Origin: Phaeosaccion multiseriatum
Lineage: Eukaryota; Protista; Ochrophyta, other classes
Direction of reading: 5' to 3'
NCBI GenBank assembly: GCA_965112735.1
Contig: OZ218953.1
Coordinates: forward strand, 2,046,001-2,110,000
DNA length: 64,000 bases
In this document: piece after piece, positions 44,354 to 57,300 of the stretch
Layout of the letters: every line of letters starts with the position of its first letter
Numbering within the stretch: position 1 is the stretch's first letter
The notes under the pieces: generated by a model
Told to the model about the DNA's origin: nothing
What the model saw: the letters and a program-made list of their open reading frames with translations, nothing else
The model's database searches: none
Translations under genes and position numbers: made by a program

Positions 44354-45626
44354 ATGGCCACCGACAAGACCACCACCACTGTGTGCGAAAGGGTGGTGGG
44401 AAGTCCGACGAGGGGACAGCCCTGCTTCTGCTACCTCTTCACCTTCCTCACGGTACAGTTCGTGCTTATCGTTGCGGCTTCCCTCCTTTGCTGCATCTCC
44501 CACTCCAGCGGGTGGTTCCTGGCCACGGGCTCGTTCCAGTTCTATCCGTCGGCAGCAGACACCAATGTACAAAGCATCACAGGTACAATGGACTGCTGTG
44601 GGGGTTTGTATAGCGAGAGGGCGGGGCGGGCCGATACCTCTCTGATTCTCCATCCCCCCCCCCCCCCAAAAAAAAACAATTCACTCGCTCAGTCACGACA
44701 GACTATGGATGGGAGACGCTATGCTATGAGGCGAAGGATGACGCATCAGGCTCCTCTAGCGGACGGGACTGCAACACCCTTGACGGCGGCTTGACGGGGG
44801 TGACGCTCTTCCAGAACCAAGCGGTTGCCCCTATCATCTCGGAGGCATCCATTGAGCTTGGTAGCGCGGGCATGGCCCAGTGGGGAGAGGCTGCGGCCAC
44901 CATTTCCGCCTTAAGCTCTGTCATCGCTGTCGCTTTGGCAGGTGGGTGTGCCTGCGTGGTGCACTGAATCGCAGTGGAGCCTGTTCTGATTTCTTCTCCC
45001 GCCTTTCAGTCGTCACTCTCCTCTCACTTTCCGACCCTTGTCGTTCTTCTCCCTCCGCTCTATCTCGGGTGCTACGGCAACGCACCCCTGAAGCTCCCCC
45101 AAACCCACCCCCACCATCACCATCCCCTCCCGCACCTCGCCTCTTTGCCTCCCATTCTGCAGCAATGTTCGTGGCGCTCCGCTGCAACATCAAGCTTTTT
45201 TCTCACTTCCCCTACATGCGAGTCATGGCGGCAATCAGCCTGGGTATGGCCTTGCTCCTCCTCCCCGTGGTGGTGGGCACGCTCTACGTCTGTAGTCGCC
45301 AGCACACGCGAGCCTATGATGACCATCCGACCGAGACCAACTTGTACAGACCCCACTTCCTGCCCTACTACGCCTGGTTCGCCTGTGCCTTCCAGCTCCT
45401 CGCCTACCTGGGTGGGGCCTGCTACCTTGGCAAGAGGGGCAAGCACATTGACTCGCGCATCCATGCTCCTGCTGACGACCGTGAGGACCAAAACGAGCCA
45501 GAGTCTTCGCGTATCATCGAAGACGATAACAAAGAGGCAGAGGCAGCAGCGATGACTACAACGATGACGACAGCGATGACGTCAGAGGGCGAGGAGGTAG
45601 TGTCGATTGGGCTTGCCGAGGTATGA
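44354..45626 (+). CDS. Four-TM claudin/PMP22-like membrane protein; 3 exons
   Basis: TM1 FLTVQFVLIVAASLLCCIS, then W (SGWF) and GWETLC...C in the first loop, then three further hydrophobic helices and an acidic tail. The family call is by topology only. Confidence 0.65.
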
Positions 45627-45999
45627 TAAGTACAAGTACAGAGGAGGGGGGGGGGCGAAACACGCCTGAACGGAGCCCAACAGGGCTGTGGAGTAAGGAA
45701 AGAGGAAGCTCATCTCGTGTAGAATAGGGTGTTGATGATGAGTGGAGGGTGAAACGAACCACAACGAGCGAGCGGGGAACGCCACATATGCGCACTTCGA
45801 CTCAGTTGAGCCACAGGATCCTGATGTGCGGTTGGTTTCCGCGCTCACAACGCAGCAGCACTTGTCGTTGGATGTGGATAGCAGTCAATGGTCGTACGGA
45901 ATCGTCCTCCCCCATGCTCTTCGAGAGGAGAAAGGGGGGGAAGGAGGGCTTCTCTCTGACAGATCATTATTATAAAATTACAAGATGTCTCCAAAACAA

Positions 46000-48752
46000 C
46001 TATTGCTGCGCTTCCTCTTCTGCCCTCCCCTCCTTCTCCTCCTCCTCCTCCTCCTCCTCCTCCTCCCTCTTCTTCTTTCTTTTCTGCTGCTGCAGCTCTC
46101 CTCCCTTCTTCGGCTGCAGCTTCGTCATCTGCCGCTGCCCCCACCGCTTCGTGGCACTCATATTCATACCGCCATCCCCATCCCGCTGCTCTCTGGCCAT
46201 GGTCCGATCCCTCTGCAGCTGCTCCACAGCCTCACTCAGGTCGTACTCAGCCGTCTCCGCACTCCGAATCGTCTCCAACGCGGTGCTAATGTGCGAGTTG
46301 AGCGCAGCCAACGCCTCGATGTCCTCCCCAGTAAAGCCCCCCTCCACCCCCCCCGCTGCTCCTCCTCCTCCGCGGGGGACGAGTCGAGCTGGTGTGGTGG
46401 TGCTGCGACTCAGCGTCGAGTGAGGTAAGGCAGCATCGTCATTCCTTCTCTTTCCTACTGCCTGTACTACTCCAATGACCTTCTTGCCGTGCTTCCCAAA
46501 GACGGGCATGCACAGCATGGACTCGGTTCCGTCCTCCCCGGGGGGCTGATTCACCGTCTCTCCTGTGTACATACAGACGTACATACACACATTCGTAAGG
46601 TACATACATACATACATACATACATACATACATGCATACATGCATGCATACATATATACATACATACATACATACATACATACATACATACATACATACA
46701 TACATACATACATAAGTATACATAGAGGGTGGCAAGAGAGGATCACAAGAGGGAAACAAACAAAAGATTGGCCGGGATGAGGGTGTGGGGCTGAGGAGAG
46801 GAGGGGAAGTAGTGGCAGCGCCTTGAGAGTAGATAGGAGAGAGGGGAAGCGGGACAAACACGCCGGTGGTATCTGCATACTACAAGTAACACACATTCAA
46901 GACGCCAATTTCAAGACCCGGTCAACTTGTTGCATAGATCAGTTGCCTTTCGGCACACACACAAACCCACACCTACACACGTCGACAGACCCGCAGCACG
47001 CACACCTAGACCCACACACAGACCCACACCCACACATGTATACCCACATCCACACACGCACACACGCACACACGCACACACGCACCTGTAGTGGCCACAT
47101 GCCCCAGCGCTCCCGAGTCGAAGGAGAGAGTGAGGTCCTTGATGCCTTCGTAGTGGTGGCTGCCGCTGTTGCTGTGCCACAGCGTCCCCTCCGCCTGATC
47201 CACCACAAACAGCGTTACACTCTTGGCCTGCACCAGGCTGCCAGCCTCGCGCATGACCGAGTCGATCAAGGTGACGACTTGCTCTCTCTGCTTCTTCCTT
47301 CCGAGGACTTTCGGCTCGGGCAAGAAGAAGAGGGGACACATGCCCAGAAGGCAGCCTATGGCCACCCCGATGGCACACCCCGCGTGCCCCGCTATCCGTG
47401 TGGTGGAGAGCTTGAGCTGTGCTCGTGATAGCTGCGGATCGGGCAGGCCCAGACGCCGGGCAAAGTCCTCCACCACCCCGCCCAGACCTACTCCAGCAAG
47501 GTCGCTAATGAGGTTGCCCAGTGCCGCTGCTGCCATTGTCGTGATGCCTAGAGCCACACCCTAATGAGACAAGCACAGGCGAATGGGCATGCAGACAGGC
47601 GTAAGGACAGGCAGACAGGCATGTGGGCGGGCAGGCAGGCACGTAGACACATGGGCGGGCAAAAGGAAGGTCAGAGGAGGCAGCGGGGCTACAGAAGACA
47701 ATCTTGCTGTGAACGCTTGAACAGGTCCAGGAGAGAAAGGGGCGCTTTTGGAGCTGGGAACGTCAGGCAGATTGCGCGAGAGAGGACACAGAGAAGAGAA
47801 CAAGCGCAGACCATGCTGCTCGATTCTTGCCCCCCCTTCACTACTCCCCTCGCGCTTCCTTCCTTCCTTCCTTCCTGCTTTTTGTGTGGAGCTCACTTAC
47901 CAAGGTCAAATCAATGTACTCTCCCGCGATGATCATGATAGCGTTGTCCATGAAGCCAAAGGCGACGAAAGGCTGAGAAGGTGTGGAGTAGTTAAGCCAG
48001 AGGGTGGCGGAAAGGTTAAGGGTCGTGAAGCAGTGAGGAGCAGCGAGTAGTAGAAGTAGTAGTAGCAGGTACAGCAATGGCAGCAACAGCAGCAACAACA
48101 ACACCAGCTACAGCATCAATAACAACAATAAAAACAACAACAGCATCAACACCAAGAACAACAATAACAACAGTCAAGGAAGCACCACGTTTGGCGTTGA
48201 GCAACGCAAACACAGTACTTACCACTGCATTTTGAATAACCACTCTCCTCAGAGCTTGCGCGCTTGGCTGGGACAAGAAGAACACGTTGGGTTGAGCATC
48301 AGAACAGCAGGAGAAGGATGGACAGGGCGTCAAAGCGCAGGCCGAGGAGGAGAGCCGGGATGGGAGCAGAAGGATACATACAGACCGCCACAAAATGTGG
48401 TCCACTCCACTCCCACGCACGTCTTTAACCTCGAACGCGACACCCTTGATGGCTTGCCGCAGCTCATCCAGGGCCCCTGAGCTCATCTTCGCGGCCAGAG
48501 AAGTGGCGAGCTCACTACGGTACGAAGAGAGGGAGGGGGAGGCACACAGTATAGTTCAGGAGGGAGAGGGGCACAACCCACACGCAGAGGAAAGAAAGCA
48601 GAGACGGGGGAGGCAAGGGACACTCAGAGATCTGCTCGAAAGAGGAGCATCGAGACAAAAGAGGCGAGCATCGGAGAGGAGAGGGAGAGAGAGAGAGAGA
48701 GAGAGAGACGGCAAGATGACCCAACCATGCCGTCTGCTGGTCGAGGGAGAGC

Positions 48753-48791
<39 letters not shown>

Positions 48792-49383
48792 GGCAAGATG
48801 ACCCAACCATGCCGTCTGCTCGTCGGTCGTAGTCACGCTGTCGTACCCCAAAGACGATCAATGACAATGAGCCGTGGAGCATCGGAATGACGCACCTATC
48901 CTCCTCAATGTACAAAGCTGTTTGCCGAAGCACTTCGGCATCTTCTGGGTGCTTCTCCGTAGCGGCGGTAGCTGCTGCTGCACTCTCTCCCCCTGCCGTC
49001 GAGCCGGCTCCGCTGTTGCTGCTGCTCATGCGCATTTGCCCACAGCAGCTCAAGGCTGGACTCCGGGACTGTACTCCACCACTTGCAAAGGCCATTGACC
49101 GAACAGTGTGCTGCGAAGGTCTCCAAAGTCCACCTACTCGCGCTTTGTCACGAAAAAGGCTGCCCCTCCCCCTGCATGTGATGAGGGTCGAGCTTTCCTC
49201 ATTTCTGCTTCCCCCGTTGCTGCTGCTGCTGCTCCTCCTCACCATGCCACTTCGACATGTGCGACTGCTTCTGCTCGTCACATGATCGCCCTTGTTCGGT
49301 TGATTCCTGCTCTTCAGCCGCCTTGCGAAGCCTATTATATTTTGCCTCGTCTCTCCAACGACAATACCGCGACGCAGTGACAT
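46000..49383 (-). CDS. TMEM65-family membrane protein with mitochondrial-type presequence and C-terminal GAF domain
   Basis: TMEM65 core LRRVVIQNAV|PFVAFGFMDNAIMIIAGEYIDLTL|GVALGITTMAAAALGNLISDLAGVG...GCAIGVAIGCLLGMCPL. GAF features TLFVVD, GALGHVATTG|ETVN, SMLCMPV, VIGVVQAV.K and FTGEDIEAL. Confidence 0.88.
46600..46713. repeat. (TACA)n microsatellite in a TMEM65-GAF intron
   Basis: Direct observation. Confidence 0.95.
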
Positions 49384-49654
49384 CGCGACACTCCAGGCGA
49401 AGCGCAGCACCGGTGAGCTTAAGAAAGATGGAATGCGCAGAGCAGCATGATACGGGACTAAAAGAGGAGAGGGGTGTTGGAAATGGGAGGACAAAGTCGG
49501 GGAACTGCGGAAAACGACGCCAGTTGGGGAGGTTGGATGTAGAGGACAATCGCTATCGCCGGTGTGTATCCGCTAGGCCGTTGCGCTCCAGCGGGCCCGA
49601 CACGAAAGGTCGATTCGACATAGGAAGATGGCACTTAAGGGTGTAATATAAAAA

Positions 49655-52649
49655 CTATCCGCCATCGCCGGCGCCAGCCGATCCGCTATCCGCTATCGGA
49701 TAGCGCGCTATCGAGAATGTGGGCGATAGTGCGTCAGCAGGGGTCGAAGGAGCGGAAAGCCCTTGTCTGTGGTCCACTCTCTCGAGGTACTTCTCCAACA
49801 GAAACAGGTCCGCCTCCGCCCCGCCCCTCTTGCCGCATCCGATCTGTTCTGCGTATCCTGCCGGGGCGTCGCAGCGCTCGCCTCCTTGCTTCTTCTTCCT
49901 ACCACCACCAGCACAGCCCCCCCCCCTGGCCGTGTCGCTGCTGCTGCTGCTGCTGCTCTTGTTATTGTTGCTGCTGTTATTGATATGCAGCCTCACCACA
50001 TCGCGTTCAATCTTTTTGAGCGTCGCCCTCTCCGCCCTCTCCTTCGCCTCAATCTCCTCTCTCGCGCGCACTTCCCTTTCCGCCGCCCCCATCAGCTGCC
50101 CCACCTGCGCCTGTTGGTGCTCCAGCTGCCCCTCGTAGCACTGCTGCACCCTACTCTTCCACCCCGGCCTACTCCTTCGTCTCGCCTGCTCTCTCCTCTG
50201 CTCCTCCCTCTCTCGCACCTCCACCTCGTGTAGGCGATTCACCTCCCTCTCCCGGTCCTTCTCGTGCGCGAGGCAAATATCAAAGCACGTACCACACAAC
50301 ATCACGGCCTTGCAGCCGTCCGCAAAGTCGTGGGACGTAGGCCGGCGACCCAGCAGACTACTGCGAGCATTCATCACGACTCGGAAAGGCACCGTCCGCG
50401 ATGGAGTGATGCGCATAGAAAACACCATGCCCCCCACCAGCCGGTCTCGAGAGCCCTCATCCACGACGAAGCCACTCCCAGGAGCCCCCCTGCCCGCCCC
50501 CGAAGAAGAAGAGGGTAAATGGTTGCCTCTCTCCTGGTTGGGTCGAGCCATGGAGCAAAAGTCCCCACTGCACCTCCACATGTCTCCTCCGAGCACCAGC
50601 GGCACGACCCCTCCTGATCCTCCTCCCGCTGCTGCTGCTCCTGCTGTCCTCGCTCTCGACTTCCTCGCTCTCCTCTTTCTCTCCTTCTCCTGCTGTTGCC
50701 GCTGCTCCACTTCCAACGTCCTTCCTATCCGGTCATTCAACACCTTCTCTGCCGCCTTTGCGTCTCCCTGCATGCCGCCGCCAGCCTGCTGCTGTATCGC
50801 CAACTGCCGCTGCTCCTGCTGCTGCTGCTGATGCTGCCGCAACGCCAAGGCCCGAGCCTTGGCCTCTGCCTCCTTCTCCCTGCGCCGAACCAGCGCCGCC
50901 TCCACCTGCGCTGCATTCCTCAGTCCGTGCACCTCAAGCAACCGCCACCTCCCTGTGGTAAAGTCCATCGTCCAATCTGCCCACAGCTCCCTCAGAGTAG
51001 GGTCGTGCTGCCTCTTCATCGTCCGACCCAGCCACTCGGTTAGCAGCAGCACTTGGGCCTTAACGTGTGGCTCGGGGGCGATGGAGTGGAAGGTGTTGCC
51101 GAGGCACTTGCCGGTGGGCAAGGAGACGGGAGTGGATCCCAGTACGGGGCAGAGGTGCGAAGAGAGGCGATTGCCGTACACGAAGATGCTTACAAGCTTG
51201 AACACGAGAGGGGGCATGAGGCCACTGTTGATGCTGGCAGTGGCGTTGCTGAGACGGAAGGAAGGAGGGAGGGAGGGAGGGAGGGAGGGAGGTAGGGAGG
51301 GTCAAGTCGGGCAAAAGTAGAGGCGAAGGGGGCAGCAGCCGGCCCTTCTTTCCATTTGCTTGCACCAACGAAGCATCCAAAAACACACAACACACGCTAA
51401 CACATACACGCAACACACACACAGATGAACACGCACACACACACCTGCCGCCACCGCGCCAGAAGGAGCGATAGTACGTGGGCCTCTCAGTGGCAAGCTT
51501 CTTCCCAATGGCGGCGGCCCGGCTCTCCTCCCCGACGGAGCCCTCGCCCTCCCCGCCCCCTGGAGAAGCGCCGCTGCTGTGGCCGGACCGAGTCCCTTCC
51601 TCTGCAAAGGAGGAGAGACCCATTGCTGTTGCTGCTGCTGTTGCTGCTGCTCCCCTTCCTCTTCCCCTTCCACTTCCGTCCTTACCCCCACCCATGTGGA
51701 GAGTCACTGGTCGACCCTTCGGACTCTTACCGCCGTTGATGATGCCGTTGTGGTTGTTGGGCCGACATCGCCGCCCATGCCCTTGTCCTTCCTGTGGTTG
51801 CTGCGGCTGTTTCTGGTGATACTGGACGGAACCCCCTCTCCCTTGTTGTGTGGTCCCCCCAGCTGCTGCTTGACGAGAGCGCTGCTGCTCCGCTCCCCCT
51901 CCCCCTCCCCCTTCCCCTTCCCCTTCCCCTTCCCCTTCTTCCTCTTCGTCTTGGTCTTCCCTCGCCAGGAGGGGCCTGACCACTGCTTGCAAACATACCC
52001 ACCGCCCAAACACCCCTTGCCACATATCCTCCAACGCATTCTCCACTTCTTCCACCGAGTACAGAGACAGCACTTTTGAGGAGGAGGAAGAGGAAGAGGA
52101 GGAGGAGGAGGAGGAGGAGGAGGAGGAGGAGGAGGAGGAGGAGGAGGAGGAGGAGGAGGAGGAGGAGGAGGAGGAGTGCACCCCCGGTACCGAAGAGCGC
52201 TCGGTGGTGCGCTTGAGCGTTGCCAGAGGGAGGTAGGAAGTGCCGTCTTCAACCTTCTCAGGGCCTGAAAGGAAGGGGAGAGGGACGTGTGGGGAAAGGT
52301 GTCAGGGTCACTACGCCTCTCCATCACTACCTCCCTCACTTGACGCATGCACGCACGCACAAACGCACACACGCACGCACCCTCACTTGACTCACCCACC
52401 CACCCCCTCTCTCACCCACCTGTTGCTGTCACCCCACCGCCGGCCCTCTCCAGGTAGTCGTTCCTCAGCTGCAGTAACTTGCCGGCCAAGTCTGCAAATC
52501 GGTCAGGTGTCAAATCCTCCCTGAAGGCGATCATCTGACCAGCCGCGTTTTCTTCCGCGTAGATCCACGTCATTCTTCTCTTCGCAGCAGCGGCGGCCGC
52601 AGGAGGAGGCGGAGGAGGGGTGGCTTTTTGGTGGGCCTCGTTGTCTTCT

Positions 52650-52680
<31 letters not shown>

Positions 52681-54117
52681 CGATGCGATCGTCTTTTCCA
52701 GTTTCAGCTTGCTCTCTGTCCGCTGGCGATGATGAAGTGGTGACCTCATTCGATGCTGCCCTCATCTCCTCTTGCTTTTTCTCTTTCTTCTCCTGCAGCT
52801 GCTGGGCAGGGGAGGGAGGGGGTCCGAAGGAGAACGTCACGGTGTCAACGACGTCCACCCCCACTGTCCCCGTCGGAATGACCTCCACCCAATCCCACCA
52901 GGGGCCGTGCGGTAGGAGTGCAGGGCACCCCTTCGGCAGCATCAAGGGTGCCTCCTTCCCCCCTCCGCCCTCCTCCCCTTCCCCCTCCTCTCTTCCGTCC
53001 TGGGGTTGTCTCGTCAATCTTCCACTTGACTCTGGTCTATGCCTACGTCCCTTCTCCTCCTCCTCCTCTCCCTCCTCTTCGTTGCTTATGATGCCTTTGT
53101 GGGCCTGGGGTGGAGTCTCCATGAGCTTCCTCCGCCTTCCCCCCACAGACGGACGCGCTGTTCTGCTGCTGGGGGGAGGGCTTCGCGCCTGCTGAGACGC
53201 CGAAGATTGCTGCTCCTGCCCTAGCCCCTGCTTGTTGGCGATGGAATTACCCCCGCAATAAAGGCCGTTGTTCCTAGAGTTTCGGCGTGGTAGGGGCACG
53301 CTTTCGACTCCCGTGGTTTCTGGCACTGATCGATTTCCACCGCTGCCCTCCTCGCTCTCTTCCTCCTCCTCCTGTTGCTCCTCCTGTTGCTCGTCCTCAT
53401 CCTCTTGCTCCTCCTCCGCCAGCTTCAGCACCTCCTCAAACGCCTGCAGCTTGGTGTCAATCGTGTTACGCTGCACCACTCTCGCCGCCTCCTCTTGCTT
53501 ACGCGACAAAGCCCTGACTTTGACCTCCTCCCCTACGAAGGAGTCATGTGTACTCTGCTTCCTGATAATAGGTGCTCTCTTCTCCCTCTCTCTTCGCTCC
53601 TCTTCCCTGCGTCTCGCCCGCTCCACCATTCTGGGCCCCACCGTGGACAGGTCGATGCCCAGGCTTTGCATCAACTCCTCCCGACCAAGCGACTCTTCAG
53701 CAGGGTCCTCCAATGGCATGCCCCCGCTGCGACGGTCTCCCCTCTTTCGCAGCCTGTTGCTCTCCTTGTCGAGGGCTTCCTCCTTGAGCTCGCGGAGCAC
53801 GCGTTTCCGTTCATCCCTGTAGAGCGGAGCACACACACGACGAAGCTGTTAGCAGCCTACTAGGAACGAAACAGGCGGTTCTTTGACTTGTCTCACCTTG
53901 CACAAGCAGCTCTGGCCCTCTGTTGCAGCCGCTGGATGCCGCTGGCGCTGATGTCGAAAAGGTCATTGAGCTTAACAGCGGCCTCCCAGCGCTGGACTCC
54001 GGTGTTCGTCTTACTCTCGTAAATGGCCTTCCTGCAAGCCTCCACAAGGGGGTGGGCCGAGGCATCCACCTCGTTGATAGGGTGGTCGAGGGCCTGTCGG
54101 GGCGGGGCAGAAGGCAT
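49655..54117 (-). CDS. Large uncharacterised low-complexity/coiled-coil protein; about 4 exons
   Basis: Long ORFs 52412-53836, 51060-52181 and 49655-51217 can be joined by GT-AG introns in compatible phase. Short folded-looking segments lie between E/Q/S/G runs. Confidence 0.65.
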
Positions 54118-54302
54118 CGTGGGTTCCCAAAAAAGCTGCTTCCTCTTACTATTGATGTCACGTCATGAAATGACTGCAAATCTCTTCCTCCTACTCCTTG
54201 TTTTCTTCTTTTTCTTTTGCGCTCTTTTTTCCTCCTCCTCCCCCTCCTCCTCCAAAAAAATCGAAACTGTGGGCATAAGTTGCCATCCACGTGAGAGGCA
54301 AG

Positions 54303-57300
54303 ATGATCCCCGGGGGCCAAACCATTAGCGCTTATCGATTTAGTTTTGTGATGACGAGAAAAGGCACTGCAGCTGCGGCTGCCAAGGCGGCTGCGGCTTC
54401 CAATTTGCAGGAGGCGGCAGCAGCTGCAGCAGCGGCTGCGGCGTCGTCGGGAAATGGCGGTTCGGACATCTACTCTTACGAGGAACAGCAGGAGCGGGAG
54501 ACGGAGATGAAGCTGCTGCACCAACCTGTGAAGCTTTGGTGGCTGAAGGGAGGGGGTGCGGCGCCGGCGGGGAGGGCGACGAGGGGGAAGAGAAAGGCAG
54601 CTGCTGTCAGCGGCGATGGTGCGGGAAGTGGAGTAGTGAAGGAGCTGAAGGATAAGTTTGGGCAGGATTTTCCCATGTTTTGGCAAGATCTCAAGGAATG
54701 GGAGGGGTGGAGGGAGGTGAAGAAGGCCTACATGCTGGCCACGGAGGGCGGGACCAATAGCGGCGGTGAAGTTGGGGCGGGAGAGGCTGCGGCTCCGGCT
54801 GCTGCGGTGGCTACAGGAGGTGCCAAGGCCAAGCTCAAGGCCAAGGCCAAACCGAAGGGCAAGGCCGCGACAGCCAAAGCCAAGGCCAAGGCTGCCAAGG
54901 AGGAGGAGGAGATGGCGAAGGAGGAGGGGGGGGGGGAGGCGGGTAGTGCAGCGGCGGATGCGCTGGCAAGAGGCGGAGACGCTTCCCCGGCCGACCTTGT
55001 GGTAGCCGCCGTCACCGACGAGAAGGCCGAAGGCAAGCAGGAGGGGGAGGAGGAGGTGGCGGGAGGTGGAGAAGGAGAGGCCGCCCCCCCGGTCCCAATA
55101 GAATCAAAGCAGGAGGGCGGGGAGGAAGAGCAGGGGAATGGGGTGAAGGAGGAGGAGGAGGCGGAGGCGGAGAAGGTCGACGTGAAGGTCGAGGAGGGGG
55201 CAAACGGGGCCGCCGCCGACGGGGAGGAGGAAGCTGAGAAGGAAGCTCCTTCTGGTGCTGCTCCTGTCGCGATGGAGGAGGCGAAAGGAGGAGGCGAAGA
55301 GGCGGAAACAGCACAGGTCAAAGTAGAAGGGAGCGGCGGTGACGCGGCATTGACGGTAGCATCAGCAGCAGCAGCAGCAGCAGCAGTTGGTGATACAGAA
55401 GTTAAGGTAGAGGCAGACAAACAGATACCACCAGCAGCACCACCAGTAGCATCAGCAGCAGGAGGAGGAGAGGCGGAGGGGGCACCCGAGCGGAAGCGGA
55501 AGAAGCGCTGGGGAGAGGCAAAAAAGAGCCGCTGGGGGGGGGCAGAGGACGCGGTGGCCAATGGGGGAGGCGCGGAGGGGGAGGGTGGCAGTAAGAGGAA
55601 GTCACGGTGGGCCACTGACCCTTCCGCCAACCCACTGCTGGGGCTGCCCGGTATGGTAGGACCTGGGATCACAGAGGACCAGAGGCAAGAGGTGAGGGCT
55701 CTATATGATGCTATATATAGTGCTTAGTTCCCTTTGGGGGAGGGAGGGCGGGGGGGGAGGGGAAGGAGGAGGGAGGGAGGCAGGGAGGGTGAGTGGGTGG
55801 AACGCTGGGACAGATGGACGGAGGGAGGGCGGGCGAGGGGGGGGAGGGGGGGAGAGACGGAGGGAGGGAGGGCGAGGGGGTGGGTGGGACGGAGGGACGG
55901 AGGGAGGGAGGGAGGGAGGGAGCACAGCAAGCCATGTGTCGAGCTTTTCCAACTCTATTTGTTACGCTTTTTCATACTTCCCTGTTGTTGGTTCTGGTAT
56001 TGGGATTTGTTGTCTCACGTGATGGCGAAGTGGGCTGTCAGCTGCAAGCACCATCGCAAGGCGGCTCTCCGGCTCCTGCCTGCGTGTTCTCCGCTCACTC
56101 ATTCGTAATTCCCTCCCCTTCCTCCCTCCCTCCCCATTCCATCTATCTCATCTATCTTGCTTTCCCTTCCCTCAGGCGTTGGTGCTCCAGCTGCGACTCA
56201 AGACTGTGAATGAGAAGATGCTGACTGTGGTGGCGGATGCCAAAGCGGAGGAAGAGAACCCGAACAGACCCCCCTCTCCCCCTCCTCAGTACGACGGAAT
56301 GGTGAGTGAGATTCCATACACAGCAGAGCAAAGCAGGGCAAAGTAATGACCCAACGATTGACTGCTCAACAAACGGATGAGTTGACTGACTGACTGATTA
56401 ACTGGCTGCACGACTCTCTCTCTCACGCACACACTCTCTCACACACTCACACACACAGGGCAAGCGCGTCAACACGCGGGAGGTGCGCATGAAGGAGGCT
56501 CTGACGAGTGAGAGGGCAAAGATTATTGAGGGACTGATGGGCCTCAATCCGGCCTTCAAGCCGCCCGCTGACTACAAGGCCAGCAAGCCGCATAGGAAGG
56601 TAGGTAGAGGGAGGAGGGAGGAGGTAGGGGGTAGGGGGGCATGGTTGTGTGTGTGCGTGTGTGTGCGCGCGCGTGTGTCTCTCTTGGTGGAAGTCCTCAA
56701 TGTTTGTTGCTTCGTTTTGTTTCGCTCTGCAGGTGTACATCCCTACCAAGGAGTACCCGGGGTACAACTTCATAGGACTCATCATTGGGCCCCGAGGGAA
56801 TACCCAAAAGAGCATGGAGAGAGACACAGGTAGGTCAGAGGTCGGACAAAGGCTCTCTCCCTCTCTGTCTGTCTCTCTTGGCGCCTGTCCTTTCCTTCGT
56901 CGGGGGGGTGTTAGGGGAGAAAAAGGAAGGGTGGGTGCCTTGGATTTGCTTTGCTGTACAAGAAGGTCATTCACCAGTGCATTCACACACAGAACCACTG
57001 CATTCATACACAGAAACACTGACCTTCCTTCCAAACTAACCACACAGGCTGCAAGATCGCAATTCGCGGGCGAGGCAGCGTGAAGGAGGGCAGCAGGAAA
57101 GGAAAACCCATGGACGAAGACGACGATCTTCACGTGTATCTGAGCGGCCCTACTCAGGTCAGTCAGTCAGTCAGTCAGTCAAGTCAGTCCGTCCGTCAGT
57201 CATTCAGCCTTAGGTCACCTTTTTTCACTGTCTCTTACCTGGAAAACCGCTCTTCCTCTTTCTTTTTCGTCCTCCCCATTTTCCTTTTGTCGCTTCCCCC

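Noticed and set aside
48808-48895. Apparent frame break in the TMEM65-GAF N-terminus
   Set aside because: Resolved by a canonical 58-nt intron (48838-48895), giving EEDSVTTTDEQTACELAT.
49545-49715. Clustered CGCTATC motifs and a short hairpin upstream of the TMEM65-GAF start
   Set aside because: Too short and partly within the neighbouring CDS end, so a regulatory role cannot be supported from sequence alone.
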